Assembly (NCBI GenBank): GCA_005877815.1
Contig: VBOG01000013.1
Location: 2,261 to 66,260 of the forward strand
Origin: Nitrospirota bacterium
GTDB taxonomy: Bacteria > Nitrospirota > Nitrospiria > Nitrospirales > NS-4
Length of the DNA: 64,000 nucleotides
Reading direction: 5' to 3'
Shown: piece after piece, positions 1-8,577 of the stretch
How positions within the stretch are numbered: position 1 is the stretch's first letter
Layout: the number at the start of each line of letters is the position of its first letter
Notes under the pieces: generated by a model
Seen by the model: the letters and a program-made list of their open reading frames with translations, nothing else
Told to the model about the DNA's origin: nothing
Databases searched by the model: none
Translations under genes and position numbers: made by a program

Positions 1-95
1 AACAGCATCACAATGCGCTTGCGCCTTCTGAAGGCATCCTCCGTCACCGGGCCTGTCAACGATGGCAGCACCCGCATAGCGATACGATGCAACAT
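1..95 (-). CDS. partial ORF (5' end only), product unknown
   Basis: Minus-strand frame stays open to the window edge. ATG at 95..93 lies 5 nt after the stop of the upstream gene, with GGGGA about 8 nt upstream. Translates MLHRIAMRVLPSLTGPVTEDAFRRRKRIVML. Too short to assign a family. Confidence 0.2.
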   Translation of the reverse strand, partial: MLHRIAMRVLPSLTGPVTEDAFRRRKRIVML

Positions 96-100
96 GCGCG

Positions 101-598
101 CTATCCCCGCATGCCTAAGAACTTCAGCTTCGCTTCATTCATCAAGCTCTCCGTCACTTCCGGCAGCCCCCGCTCGATCGCCATCCGTTCGATCTCGATT
201 TTCGCCATGGCACGGACCGCGGCCGGAATATTGGCAAGCCGCTCCCCCGCCTCCCTCGACCACGAAACTTGGCCGCGATTCCTCGCTTCCTGCAGGAGCG
301 ACAGCGTAATCAGACAGACGCCGTTTTTATCGGCATAGGTCTCGACCTCCCCTCGTACCAAGGGCTCGATATGAGGAGGAAGGCGTTCGAGTTCATGGCG
401 CGCTTCACGTGACCAGAGTGTGCGCGTCACCCAAGGCTCAATTTCCTCGGGCCGGCCTGACACCGCCATCCAGTTCGCGCACGCAAGGCACGCGAGCGTG
501 AGGTGATAGAGCAAGGGTGACGCTTCCTCAAGCGCCCTGGTCTCCATGGCGGCGCCGCAACAGCAGGAGACCTTCATAGACAAGCTTGCCGGCTTCAT
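101..598 (-). CDS. tandem PCP_red-domain protein (protochlorophyllide-reductase subunit B C-terminal-like domain, two copies) with Cys-rich N-terminus
   Basis: Two consecutive segments (WSREARHELERLPPHIEPLVRGEVETYADKNGVCLITLSLLQEAR and WSREAGERLANIPAAVRAMAKIEIERMAIERGLPEVTESLMNEAK) fit my memory of the PCP_red pattern W.pEA...L..iP.fVR......E..A...G...IT. N-terminus carries VSCCCG and CLAC. The ORF is open to 724, but ATG at 598 forms an ATGA overlap with the upstream stop (595-598 = tcat). Confidence 0.55.
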   Translation of the reverse strand: MKPASLSMKVSCCCGAAMETRALEEASPLLYHLTLACLACANWMAVSGRPEEIEPWVTRTLWSREARHELERLPPHIEPLVRGEVETYADKNGVCLITLSLLQEARNRGQVSWSREAGERLANIPAAVRAMAKIEIERMAIERGLPEVTESLMNEAKLKFLGMRG

Positions 599-1317
599 CC
601 GATTTTCCCTGGATAGAGGATATACAGGAGGGTATAGGTTCCGGTCCCTGTCAGAAACAGAATGCAATAAATGACCATGGTAAACCGGCCGAGGATGCGA
701 TGCCGGCGCTCCCCGTCGGGCCACAACCGTTCCAGTCCTTTTTCCACGGTGAGGACGAAACCGATAACCAGCACTCCTGAGAGATAGACGATCAAGCGGC
801 GGAACGAAAAATCCGATCCTAAGCGGGTGCCGACCACCGCATACAGCAGCAGCAGAACGGCCGCGCTGATGCCGAAAATCTTCATGAGTGTGTCACGAGA
901 GACCCTGAGGACGCCCGGACGGAGTTCCCGCTGGCCGCCCATAAAGCGTTGCGTTCGAAAACCGAGGATGATCATGTAGACCGCCATGATCAATCCAACG
1001 ATGACCAACGTAATGTGGAACGTCAATAAAGGGATAAAGACTTGGTAGTACATGAAATCTGAACCGCCGAAACCGGTGCGGCCTTCAAAGGCCAGAACTC
1101 CTAACTGGCGGAACAGATAATAGCTGGTAAAAAAAGCGAGCATGGTGACCATGCCGCCAAGTACCAGCCAATGATGCGCGTTGCCCAATCCTTTCCGCGC
1201 TTGGACCCAACCGATGATGAACAGCCCCGTGAACACCATCGCCATGAGTTGACTGAGATCTCCACCGAGTGACGCGGCCGTACCGAGGAATCCCGGGCGC
1301 GCAAGTAGCTCCTTCAT
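595..1317 (-). CDS. polytopic membrane protein, DUF420-like
   Basis: 240 aa with about 6 hydrophobic spans. The pattern HHWLVLGGM...F.G......YY..F....FHITLV...........RHRILGRFT...Y....TG...Y.LLY resembles the DUF420 family (membrane proteins often found near haem-copper oxidase genes), here with an inserted helix pair. ATGA overlaps at both ends. Confidence 0.5.
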   Translation of the reverse strand: MKELLARPGFLGTAASLGGDLSQLMAMVFTGLFIIGWVQARKGLGNAHHWLVLGGMVTMLAFFTSYYLFRQLGVLAFEGRTGFGGSDFMYYQVFIPLLTFHITLVIVGLIMAVYMIILGFRTQRFMGGQRELRPGVLRVSRDTLMKIFGISAAVLLLLYAVVGTRLGSDFSFRRLIVYLSGVLVIGFVLTVEKGLERLWPDGERRHRILGRFTMVIYCILFLTGTGTYTLLYILYPGKIG

Positions 1318-2381
1318 TTGACACCTTCCACCAAGGAAGAGCGGTCACGCTCGTGAATAGCGGTGAACCCGGCATCCTTCAGCCATTGCTCCGCTTCGGC
1401 CATCGTATAGCAGCGCCCCTTTTCCGTATTGACGAGCAGGTGGACCGCAAACACCGCGGTCCAGGCGGGGCTGGTCCCGTCAGGATCCAAAAACCGATCC
1501 TTGATGACCAATCGACCGCCGGGAACCAGGGTTCGGTAGACTTTCGCCACCAATGCGGCATTCGCCGATGACTCTTGATAATGCAGAATGTCCGACATCA
1601 GCACCGCGTCATACGGTCCGCCAAGCGCGTCTCGGTTGAAATCTCCGGCCTGCAAATGAACCCGTCCCTCAAGTCCCGCTTCTTTCACCATCCGCTCGGT
1701 CGTCCCGAGGGTTTCCGGAAGATCAAAGACCGTCGCGATCAGATCTGGATAGGTTCGGCAAAAGGTCATGGCATGCGTTCCAGCCCCGCCTCCGAGATCC
1801 AGCAACGTTCGCGCACTGCTGAGGTCCACTTGTTTCGCGAGGCTTGGGGCGTGCTGCAGCGCCACGCGATGCAGGACCATCAACACATTTTCAGCCAAGC
1901 CCGGATCGGATCGAAAGAGGTGCTCCCTCACGGGGGATTTGCCCGTCAGAACCGCGGTTTCCAATTGTCCCCAATTCGCCCATTCCGCATCCTGCAACAG
2001 CAGGAGATGCCCGGCATATGACGGGCTCTCTTTCACGAGAAAGTTTTGCGCTTCAGGCGCATTGGCGTAGTGGGCTCCGTCCTTCCGGAGCAACCCGATG
2101 GAGACCAGGGCATTCATCAACAGTTCGGTTGGTCCTGGAGACGTACGCAGGCGGCTGGCGACTTCGACGGCAGTGGCCGGTAACGGTGCCAACGTCCCGA
2201 AAAGATCGAGCTTGACTGCCGTCAGTAAAATCTTGCTCTCCCAATAGTAGCCGAGCTGAAAAATCTCGGCGAGAGAAAGGGAGCGGGCCAACAGAACCTC
2301 CTCGAAAAATTTGAATTCTATGTTAAATTTCGCGCGGAAGGCAAGGACGGCGGGCGATATCACGGGTGGGCTGAGAGCCAC
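1314..2381 (-). CDS. class I SAM-dependent O-methyltransferase (family 2 OMT with N-terminal dimerisation/wHTH domain)
   Basis: 355 aa. SAM motif I LLDLGGGAGTHAMTF, followed by FDLPE and VLMSDILHY. Architecture is typical of CrtF/BchU/ASMT-like O-methyltransferases. ATGA overlap with the downstream gene at 1314-1317. Confidence 0.8.
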   Translation of the reverse strand: MALSPPVISPAVLAFRAKFNIEFKFFEEVLLARSLSLAEIFQLGYYWESKILLTAVKLDLFGTLAPLPATAVEVASRLRTSPGPTELLMNALVSIGLLRKDGAHYANAPEAQNFLVKESPSYAGHLLLLQDAEWANWGQLETAVLTGKSPVREHLFRSDPGLAENVLMVLHRVALQHAPSLAKQVDLSSARTLLDLGGGAGTHAMTFCRTYPDLIATVFDLPETLGTTERMVKEAGLEGRVHLQAGDFNRDALGGPYDAVLMSDILHYQESSANAALVAKVYRTLVPGGRLVIKDRFLDPDGTSPAWTAVFAVHLLVNTEKGRCYTMAEAEQWLKDAGFTAIHERDRSSLVEGVK

Positions 2382-2415
2382 AAAAAAAAGCGGCGGGATA
2401 CCGCCATCCCGCCGC
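2382..2415 (-). terminator. rho-independent terminator after the cupredoxin-like gene
   Basis: Perfect 10-bp stem gcggcgggat (2390-2399) / atcccgccgc (2406-2415) with a 6-nt loop. On the minus strand it is followed by an 8-T run (2382-2389). Confidence 0.6.
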
Positions 2416-2440
2416 CTGATGTTGCGCCCGATGAAACAGC

Positions 2441-3235
2441 TTACTTAAATTCGAACTTCGCAGTAGCCGCGGCGCCATCCTTTACCTCCAGCTCCTGCTC
2501 AATGGGTTTTCCCTTATTCAAAGCCGGATGCCAGGCCACGACTTTATACTTGCCGGCCGGGACGTCCTTGATCTCAAACTTGCCATCCTCGCCGACCACA
2601 GCATAATGCGGGCTCGTCACAGGAAGCGCCCACACCTGCATGAACTCGTGCTGGTCACAGATCATCTTAAAGACAGAACCCTGCGCGGCTTTTCTCAACT
2701 TGATCGGCTTGTCAAGCCCCTTGCCCTTTTCGGGAAGACCGATGTTGAAGATCGTCGTTGAAGCAGACCCCAGCACCTCGAAAGAATGCGGGTTATGCAG
2801 CACGCCCTTCACCGACTTGGGGTCGTCGGGATCCGCGTCGTTGTTCATCACGCGGAACGACGATTGATTCGCCACGACCACCGTCGTGTACGGCTTAAAT
2901 TCGCAGAGTTCGGCCTGGACGTCATCGCCCTTGTATTCGGCTTGAAACTTTTCATCGTTGATGCCGGTCACGGCCACTACGGCATTTTTAAGGCTCCCAT
3001 CCTTCTCGACCTGAACTTCATGGAGAAGGCGTTTTTCACCCTTGGCGTCCTTGTTCGGATTTTTCACACAGAACTTCGGGTTCGGAAATTTCGAGAATAA
3101 GAACTCCTTGGGGGCCGGGGCCTTTCCCGTGAACGTGACTTTTCCTTCGACCGTTCCGCCCGCCCAAGCCATTGGAGCGGCGAGGAACGCGACCGCCCCG
3201 AGGGCGAGCGCTGAGATTATTCCTACCTTCTTCAT
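2441..3235 (-). CDS. secreted cupredoxin-like (type-1 Cu ligand pattern) protein with C-terminal CarboxypepD_reg-like beta-sandwich
   Basis: Start chosen at the internal MKKVGIISALALGAVAFLAAPMAWA signal peptide (the ORF is open to 3334). LHNPHSF plus CDQHEFM gives H...C-x2-H-x2-M, the same ligand-loop spacing as amicyanin (CTPHPFM). C-terminus GKFEIKDVPAGKYKVVAWHP is typical of carboxypeptidase-regulatory-like domains. Confidence 0.6.
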   Translation of the reverse strand: MKKVGIISALALGAVAFLAAPMAWAGGTVEGKVTFTGKAPAPKEFLFSKFPNPKFCVKNPNKDAKGEKRLLHEVQVEKDGSLKNAVVAVTGINDEKFQAEYKGDDVQAELCEFKPYTTVVVANQSSFRVMNNDADPDDPKSVKGVLHNPHSFEVLGSASTTIFNIGLPEKGKGLDKPIKLRKAAQGSVFKMICDQHEFMQVWALPVTSPHYAVVGEDGKFEIKDVPAGKYKVVAWHPALNKGKPIEQELEVKDGAAATAKFEFK

Positions 3236-3409
3236 GCTTAAAACCTCCTTAGGTAAAGTTGCTAAAATATCGCCAACGACGGAATCCTGGATGTTTTTCG
3301 AGGTATGTGAACGGACGTGTAATTTATACCACACGCGCCCGCAAACAAGTCAAGCCTGCCGGCGAAGCGCTGGCACTGGATTCTGAAAGCATGAGGAAGA
3401 GGAGACGAG

Positions 3410-3434
3410 GAAGCCCCGACCTATTCGGGGCTTC
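3410..3434 (-). terminator. possible terminator hairpin after the OMP gene
   Basis: 9-bp stem gaagccccg (3410-3418) / cggggcttc (3426-3434), 11 nt downstream of the stop at 3445. No clear U-run on the minus strand, hence low confidence. Confidence 0.3.
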
Positions 3435-3444
3435 CGAATGCTTT

Positions 3445-4038
3445 TTAGAAATGATAGTTCAACGCGAGGGTCACCATGTGCCCTCGATCGTCGAATTTTT
3501 TATCGATCAGAGTCACATCTTTCGACTTGATATCTTCCAGCCAAATATACCGGTAGGTGGCATCAATGGACCAATACCGACTCATAAAAAATTGAAGCCC
3601 GCCTCCAGCGTGCGCGCCGAATCGGTTCTGCGTGTCATCGAATCCGCCGGGGCCTTTTACATGTGTGTAATACCATCCGCCCCCACCCAGTACGAACGGA
3701 GTGATCGGGCTGTCCGGAAAGAGGTACGCCAGCAAAGAGACCTGCACCGGGTATGTATCCACCCGCGTGCTGTCGAAATGTTCGCGGCGATAATCCGCCG
3801 AGCCTTCAATGGCGAAGACTTTCCCCATGTGCAGGCGTAACTGGGCGCCGCCGAAGAAATGTCCGTCACTCCAATTGTCGTTCTTCGGCACAAAATAGGT
3901 GGCTCGCGGCCCCAACGATATCCACCCGTGATCCCCATCAGCCGCAAACGCACCGGCCGGTAACACCGATAGCGTCAGCATGGTCAGGCCGAGAATCAAA
4001 TTCCTCGGTCCCGCCACTTTCAGCGTTCGTGCAACCAT
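3445..4038 (-). CDS. small outer-membrane beta-barrel protein (OmpW/OmpA-like porin family)
   Basis: 197 aa. Signal peptide LTMLTLSVLPAGAFA, alternating aromatic/Gly beta-strand pattern, and a C-terminal ALNYHF ending in Phe as in OMP barrels. Confidence 0.7.
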   Translation of the reverse strand: MVARTLKVAGPRNLILGLTMLTLSVLPAGAFAADGDHGWISLGPRATYFVPKNDNWSDGHFFGGAQLRLHMGKVFAIEGSADYRREHFDSTRVDTYPVQVSLLAYLFPDSPITPFVLGGGGWYYTHVKGPGGFDDTQNRFGAHAGGGLQFFMSRYWSIDATYRYIWLEDIKSKDVTLIDKKFDDRGHMVTLALNYHF

Positions 4039-4243
4039 AACGGCCTCCTTTGTTTTTGCTAGTTCTTTTGATGGCTTTCTATCTCCGCGTGCTTAGTAGC
4101 AAAATCTAAAGGGCAAACGACCGCGCGACAATAGCTCTTAAGGTGAACATTCTTGGACAAAGTGGCATTGGAGAACGCCCGAAAGTCATATAACGACCAC
4201 CGGCGTTCGGTTGTCAGGGTGTCCGTTAACTGGAGCGATCAGC

Positions 4244-5167
4244 ATGGGTGAATCGCGGGAGGCCTCGGAAACAGCCGGCACGGTAGTGACGACTGTCGAG
4301 GATTTCGACCGGCTGACAGCGGACGCATTGCCCAACCTGCTGGATAGAGCCACAACCCACACGCGACGGTTTCTGCGCGAAACCGGCCAGTGGGCGGACG
4401 ATATCAGCCACGAGAAACTGGCATTACGCTGGGGGTATGAATTTTTGGAGCGCTTCCTGGTGTGCGGGCGCGCGGAAGTTCCTTGCCGTCCCTTTCTTTT
4501 ATTGGACAGCCTCATCGCCAAGTACTTCAGCCAGGCAGAACCGCTGTGTTATCACCAGGGCTTGCTCTCGCCGCTGGGACGGTTCCTGGACGGGCTCACG
4601 TCACGCGCCGTGGTGAGCCGCGATGCATTGATGGCTCTCTTCTACCATCTCTATGGATTCGGACAAGGCCAGGTCGTCAAGGTCCTTGGACTCGGGGCTG
4701 CGGAAAGTCAGCGCGTCTATAAAAATTTTGAGCGCTGGCGCCGCACAGGATGGGAGCGAGCCATGACGGAAATCGGTATCACCGATGAAGATCTTCAGGA
4801 GATCGAGGATCAAAAGCACCGAGGGAAGAACTTTGATGCAGAGACCGAACGGCTGATCCGCACCATTCAGAGTCACTATCGCAAGAGTGAACCGCAGCAT
4901 TTCCCCTGTCTGAGCCGGCAACAATGGACGGATCTCTTCGATCAGGGATACGGGTACGATTATCGCGCATGGCACTTGGCGCTCTGCCGCGACTGTCTTG
5001 TGGAGGTCTATCTCCTGAGGCAGGATAGAACTGACGACCGGCCGCCTGCAATTGACCTGCAAGTGCGTCCTCTACTGAAAGGCAAGGTGGTCTCTTTCGT
5101 GCTCAAGCACCGAGGCGAAGCGAATGGGTCAGGGCGCGCGCAACGAGTCTCGGCATGGCCCCCTTGA
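4244..5167 (+). CDS. ECF-sigma-like protein (region 2- and region 4-like segments) with C-terminal zf-HC2-like C...H-x3-C-x2-C extension
   Basis: GGAG lies 8 nt before ATG 4244 (the ORF is open from TTG 4211). ADDISHEKLALRWGYEFLERF resembles sigma region 2 (AEDLVQETFLRAW...F). RDALMALFYHLYGFGQGQVVKVLGLGAAESQRVYKNFERWRR resembles the region 4.2 HTH. The C-terminus CLSRQQWTDLFDQGYGYDYRAWHLALCRDC fits the anti-sigma zinc-finger pattern. Confidence 0.4.
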   Translation: MGESREASETAGTVVTTVEDFDRLTADALPNLLDRATTHTRRFLRETGQWADDISHEKLALRWGYEFLERFLVCGRAEVPCRPFLLLDSLIAKYFSQAEPLCYHQGLLSPLGRFLDGLTSRAVVSRDALMALFYHLYGFGQGQVVKVLGLGAAESQRVYKNFERWRRTGWERAMTEIGITDEDLQEIEDQKHRGKNFDAETERLIRTIQSHYRKSEPQHFPCLSRQQWTDLFDQGYGYDYRAWHLALCRDCLVEVYLLRQDRTDDRPPAIDLQVRPLLKGKVVSFVLKHRGEANGSGRAQRVSAWPP

Positions 5168-5250
5168 ACGGTCTTCTTCTGCGAGTCCCTCGCGCCGCTC
5201 CTCACCCTGTTGACCGCTGAGGCTCTACCCCGCGGAACGAAGGAGGCGCG

Positions 5251-6483
5251 ATGTCCGATTTTCATCAGAACGGCATCGTCACAGTCTTGCACCGCCTGGG
5301 TCCTGCGAATCTCGATCGTATTGAAGCGGATTTGGTACGGCATGCAGTCTTGAATCCCATCGCCCTCGTGTTGCCGGCCCTGTACGCCGAGATTGAGCGG
5401 CCGGCCTTGAAGGACATTCTCGAAACACTCTCGGCCGTTCCATACGTCAACGAAATCGTCGTCTCCCTCGATCGGGCGTCCGCTCTGGAGTTCCGCCTTG
5501 CCAAGGAATACTTCAGCCGCTTGCCCCAGCGAATCCGGCTCATCTGGAACGACGGGCCGCGCATTCAGGACATTCTGAAGTTGCTGGTCTCGCAAGGAAT
5601 TGATATCGGTCCCCAGGGCAAAGGCCGGGGATGCTGGATCGCCTTCGGCTATATTTTGGCCCGGCGGGAAAGCAAGGTCATCGCGTTGCACGACTGCGAC
5701 GTTACGAGCTATAGCCGTGAGTATCTTGCGCGGCTCTGTTTTCCGATCGCGAATCCAAACCTAGGCTATGAATTCTGCAAGGGCTACTACAGTCGCGTGA
5801 CGGATCGCTTGCACGGCCGCGTCACCCGGCTGTTTTTCACACCCCTGATCCGAAGTTTGCAGCATATTGTAGGCCCACAGCCCTTGCTGACCTTTCTCGA
5901 CAGTTTTCGATACCCGCTAGCCGGGGAATTCGCGATGGTGCGGGACCTCGCCTGGATCAATCGCATTCCCGGCGATTGGGGACTGGAGGTCGGCATGTTG
6001 GCGGAGGTCTACCGCAATTGCGCGCTGCGCCGCATCTGCCAGGCCGACATCGCCGATGCCTACGAGCATAAGCATCAGGACTTGTCGACGGATGATACGA
6101 GTCAAGGGTTGTTGAAGATGTGCGTCGACATTGCAAAGTCCCTCTTTCGCAACCTTGCCAGCGAAGGGGTCGTCTTGACCGAGGGCATGCTGAAGACCTT
6201 GCGGGCCACCTATCTCCAAGCCGCGCAAGAAGCGATCAGTCGCTACCAGGATGACGCGGCAATCAACAGTCTCGCCTTTGATCGTCACCTGGAGCGCACC
6301 GCGGTCGAAGGCTTTCTGAAAGGCCTCAAGCTCGCCGCCGAGGTCTTTCTTGACGATCCGCTCTGGATTCCCATGATTTCAAACTGGAGCCGCGTGACGG
6401 CGGCGGCGCCGGATGTTTTCAACCTGTTGCTGGATGCAGTGGAGCGGGACCATGCCTGGAATCCGCGGGCGGAGGGCCGGTAG
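5251..6483 (+). CDS. GT-A fold glycosyltransferase, MpgS/GpgS-like (glycosyl-3-phosphoglycerate synthase-like)
   Basis: 410 aa. GAAGGAGG Shine-Dalgarno before the ATG. Rossmann-like N-terminus IALVLPALY...VNEIVVSLD and a DxD-type motif ALHDCDV. General resemblance to the compatible-solute GT55/GT81 class; the exact acceptor cannot be read from sequence. Confidence 0.55.
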   Translation: MSDFHQNGIVTVLHRLGPANLDRIEADLVRHAVLNPIALVLPALYAEIERPALKDILETLSAVPYVNEIVVSLDRASALEFRLAKEYFSRLPQRIRLIWNDGPRIQDILKLLVSQGIDIGPQGKGRGCWIAFGYILARRESKVIALHDCDVTSYSREYLARLCFPIANPNLGYEFCKGYYSRVTDRLHGRVTRLFFTPLIRSLQHIVGPQPLLTFLDSFRYPLAGEFAMVRDLAWINRIPGDWGLEVGMLAEVYRNCALRRICQADIADAYEHKHQDLSTDDTSQGLLKMCVDIAKSLFRNLASEGVVLTEGMLKTLRATYLQAAQEAISRYQDDAAINSLAFDRHLERTAVEGFLKGLKLAAEVFLDDPLWIPMISNWSRVTAAAPDVFNLLLDAVERDHAWNPRAEGR

Positions 6484-6500
6484 GGTTGGGGGCGACGCCT

Positions 6501-7772
6501 ATGCCGACTCCGCTCAATCCTGCGACGGAAACCATCGTCGAGGAGATCGGCGAGACGGAGGTGCTCGTCGGCATCCCCAGCTTCAACAATGCCTCCACGA
6601 TCGGCCACGTGGTGAGAGCGGTCAGCGCGGGGCTGGCCAAATATTTTCACGGCTTTCGGGCCGTCCTCGTGAATTCCGACGGCGGTTCCTCCGACGGCAC
6701 ACCGGAGGTGGTCGAACAGGCGATTGTCGACTTCGAAGCCATGCTGATCAGCGACCGCCAGAGCCCACTTCAAAAAATCATTACTCCGTACCAGGGTATT
6801 CCGGGAAAAGGAAGCGCGTTTCGGACGATTTTCGAAATTGCGAGGCGTATGAAGGCAAAGGCATGCGCCGTGGTGGATTCGGATCTCCGCAGCATCACCC
6901 CCGAATGGATTGAGATGTTGCTCCGCCCCCTCCTGAATGAAGGCTATGATTACGTAGCGCCCTATTACCTTCGCCATAAGTATGACGGAACCATCACCAA
7001 CAGTATTGCGTACCCCCTGACACGGGCCTTATATGGGCAACGAATCCGCCAGCCGATCGGCGGAGAATTCGGTTTTTCCCGCGCGCTGGTCGGACATTAT
7101 CTCGACAAACACGTCTGGGAGTCGGACGTCGCCCGGTTCGGCATTGATATCTGGATGACCACGGAGGCCATCGCCTCCGGAGCGAGAGTCTGCCAGAGCT
7201 TTCTCGGCGCGAAAATCCATAATCCTAAAGATCCTGCCGCCGATCTTTCCGACATGCTGGTGCAAGTCACAGGTGCGTTGTTCGCCTTGATGGAAGAGCA
7301 CCACTCCGTGTGGCGTCAGGTAGAGGGATCGGCGCCGGTCAGGCTGTACGGCTTTCAATATGAAGTCGCAGTGGAACCGGTCCACGTCAATGTGGACGAT
7401 ATGATCGTCACATTTCGTCAGGGGCTCGCCGACCTGGGGCCGATCTGGCGCGAGATGCTCCAACCGGACACCGTCGAGGCCCTCTTCCCGCTGGCGACGT
7501 GCCCGCTTCGCGCCTTCCGCATCTCCGATGATTTATGGACGCAGATCATCTATGACGCCGCGTTGGCGCACCACCGTTATGTCCTGCCACGGGAGCACCT
7601 GCTCAAGGCGCTCACGCCGCTGTACCTTGGCCGGACCGCCTCCTTTGTCCTGGAAACACAGGCGCTCACGTCCGCGGAGGCGGAAAGCAGGATCGAGGCC
7701 CTCTCCCAGACGTTCGAAAAGCGAAAAGATTATCTGGTGCAACGCTGGTCTCCGCAGGAGGAACGCGCATGA
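6501..7772 (+). CDS. GT-A fold (family 2-like) glycosyltransferase
   Basis: VLVGIPSFNNASTIGHVVRAV...VLVNSDGGSSDGTPEVV is a GT2-type nucleotide-sugar binding start. DxD motif VVDSDL. ATG 6501 is preferred over TTG 6486 (GGGGG 7 nt upstream). Confidence 0.6.
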   Translation: MPTPLNPATETIVEEIGETEVLVGIPSFNNASTIGHVVRAVSAGLAKYFHGFRAVLVNSDGGSSDGTPEVVEQAIVDFEAMLISDRQSPLQKIITPYQGIPGKGSAFRTIFEIARRMKAKACAVVDSDLRSITPEWIEMLLRPLLNEGYDYVAPYYLRHKYDGTITNSIAYPLTRALYGQRIRQPIGGEFGFSRALVGHYLDKHVWESDVARFGIDIWMTTEAIASGARVCQSFLGAKIHNPKDPAADLSDMLVQVTGALFALMEEHHSVWRQVEGSAPVRLYGFQYEVAVEPVHVNVDDMIVTFRQGLADLGPIWREMLQPDTVEALFPLATCPLRAFRISDDLWTQIIYDAALAHHRYVLPREHLLKALTPLYLGRTASFVLETQALTSAEAESRIEALSQTFEKRKDYLVQRWSPQEERA

Positions 7773-8476
7773 AGGAATTCTGGGATACCGCGTTACTCGA
7801 GCCACTGAGGACCCTCGGTGGGCAGTTTCTCACGCTGCTGCCGAATGTCCTCGCCATGACGATTATTCTCTCCGTTGGATGGGGACTGGCATGGATCATC
7901 GCCTATCTCGCTCACCGGGTCCTGCGGATGGTCGGTCTCGACAATCTGAGCGATCATCTCGGCGTCAGCGTGGCGCTCGCGCGAGGCGGCGTGAAATCGG
8001 ACCCCTCGTATCTCGTCGGGCGCGCCGTCTATTGGATGGTCTTGCTGTTCGCGATGATCGCCGGCCTGAGCGCGCTCAATCTTCATCCGTTCAATCAGTT
8101 CGCTCAATCCCTGCTGGCCTATGTGCCCCATTTGCTCATGGCCATCCTCATCGTGATGGCCGGATATTTGTTGTCCAATTTCGTCTCGCAAACAGTGCTG
8201 ATCGGGGCCGTGAATGCCGGTGTGCCGCCCGCGCGAATCCTCGCCGCCTGTTCACGGTGGGCCGTTCAGTTGATTGCGGCCGCCATGGCGCTCGAACAGC
8301 TGGGCATCGCCGGCAATATCGTCGCCGTGGGGTTCGGCATTACCCTCGGAGGCGTGGTTCTGGCGGCCGCACTCGCCTTCGGCTTAGGGGCCAAGGATCT
8401 GGCAAAAGAGTTTTTGGAGCAACGTTTTGGCAATAAACCACGAACCCGCCGGCCTGATGACTTGACGCATTTGTGA
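7769..8476 (+). CDS. TM-helix-repeat membrane protein related to the membrane part of MscS-like mechanosensitive channels
   Basis: 235 aa with 5-6 TM spans. C-terminal MALEQLGIAGNIVAVGFGITLGGVVLAAALAFGLGAKDLAKEFLE matches the conserved-TM-helix repeat signature (..AFGLG.kd.a...l). ATGA overlap with the preceding glycosyltransferase (7769-7772). Confidence 0.55.
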   Translation: MKEFWDTALLEPLRTLGGQFLTLLPNVLAMTIILSVGWGLAWIIAYLAHRVLRMVGLDNLSDHLGVSVALARGGVKSDPSYLVGRAVYWMVLLFAMIAGLSALNLHPFNQFAQSLLAYVPHLLMAILIVMAGYLLSNFVSQTVLIGAVNAGVPPARILAACSRWAVQLIAAAMALEQLGIAGNIVAVGFGITLGGVVLAAALAFGLGAKDLAKEFLEQRFGNKPRTRRPDDLTHL

Positions 8477-8577
8477 TGAAGAATGAGCGGCGGTGATCGG
8501 AATCTTGCGAGTGAAATCAGACGGCAATCCTAAAGAGGGATTCAAAATCTCGGGGTTTAGAATTAGAATCGAATCCG

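Noticed and set aside
13-338. Plus-strand ORFs 13-309 and 87-338.
   Set aside because: They overlap the PCP_red-domain gene on the opposite strand, which has a clear duplicated domain signature. The plus-strand products are Ser/Pro/Ala/Arg low-complexity.
4161-4180. tggcattggagaacgc, which superficially resembles a sigma54 -24/-12 element (TGGCAC-N5-TTGC).
   Set aside because: The -12 TTGC element is absent and the spacing does not fit.
7528-8436. 302-aa Arg/Ser/Pro-rich plus-strand ORF spanning the end of the second glycosyltransferase and the channel-like gene.
   Set aside because: It is an out-of-frame read-through of two genes that each have good motifs and membrane topology. Its composition (RRRR and SRS runs) is typical of an off-frame GC-rich translation.
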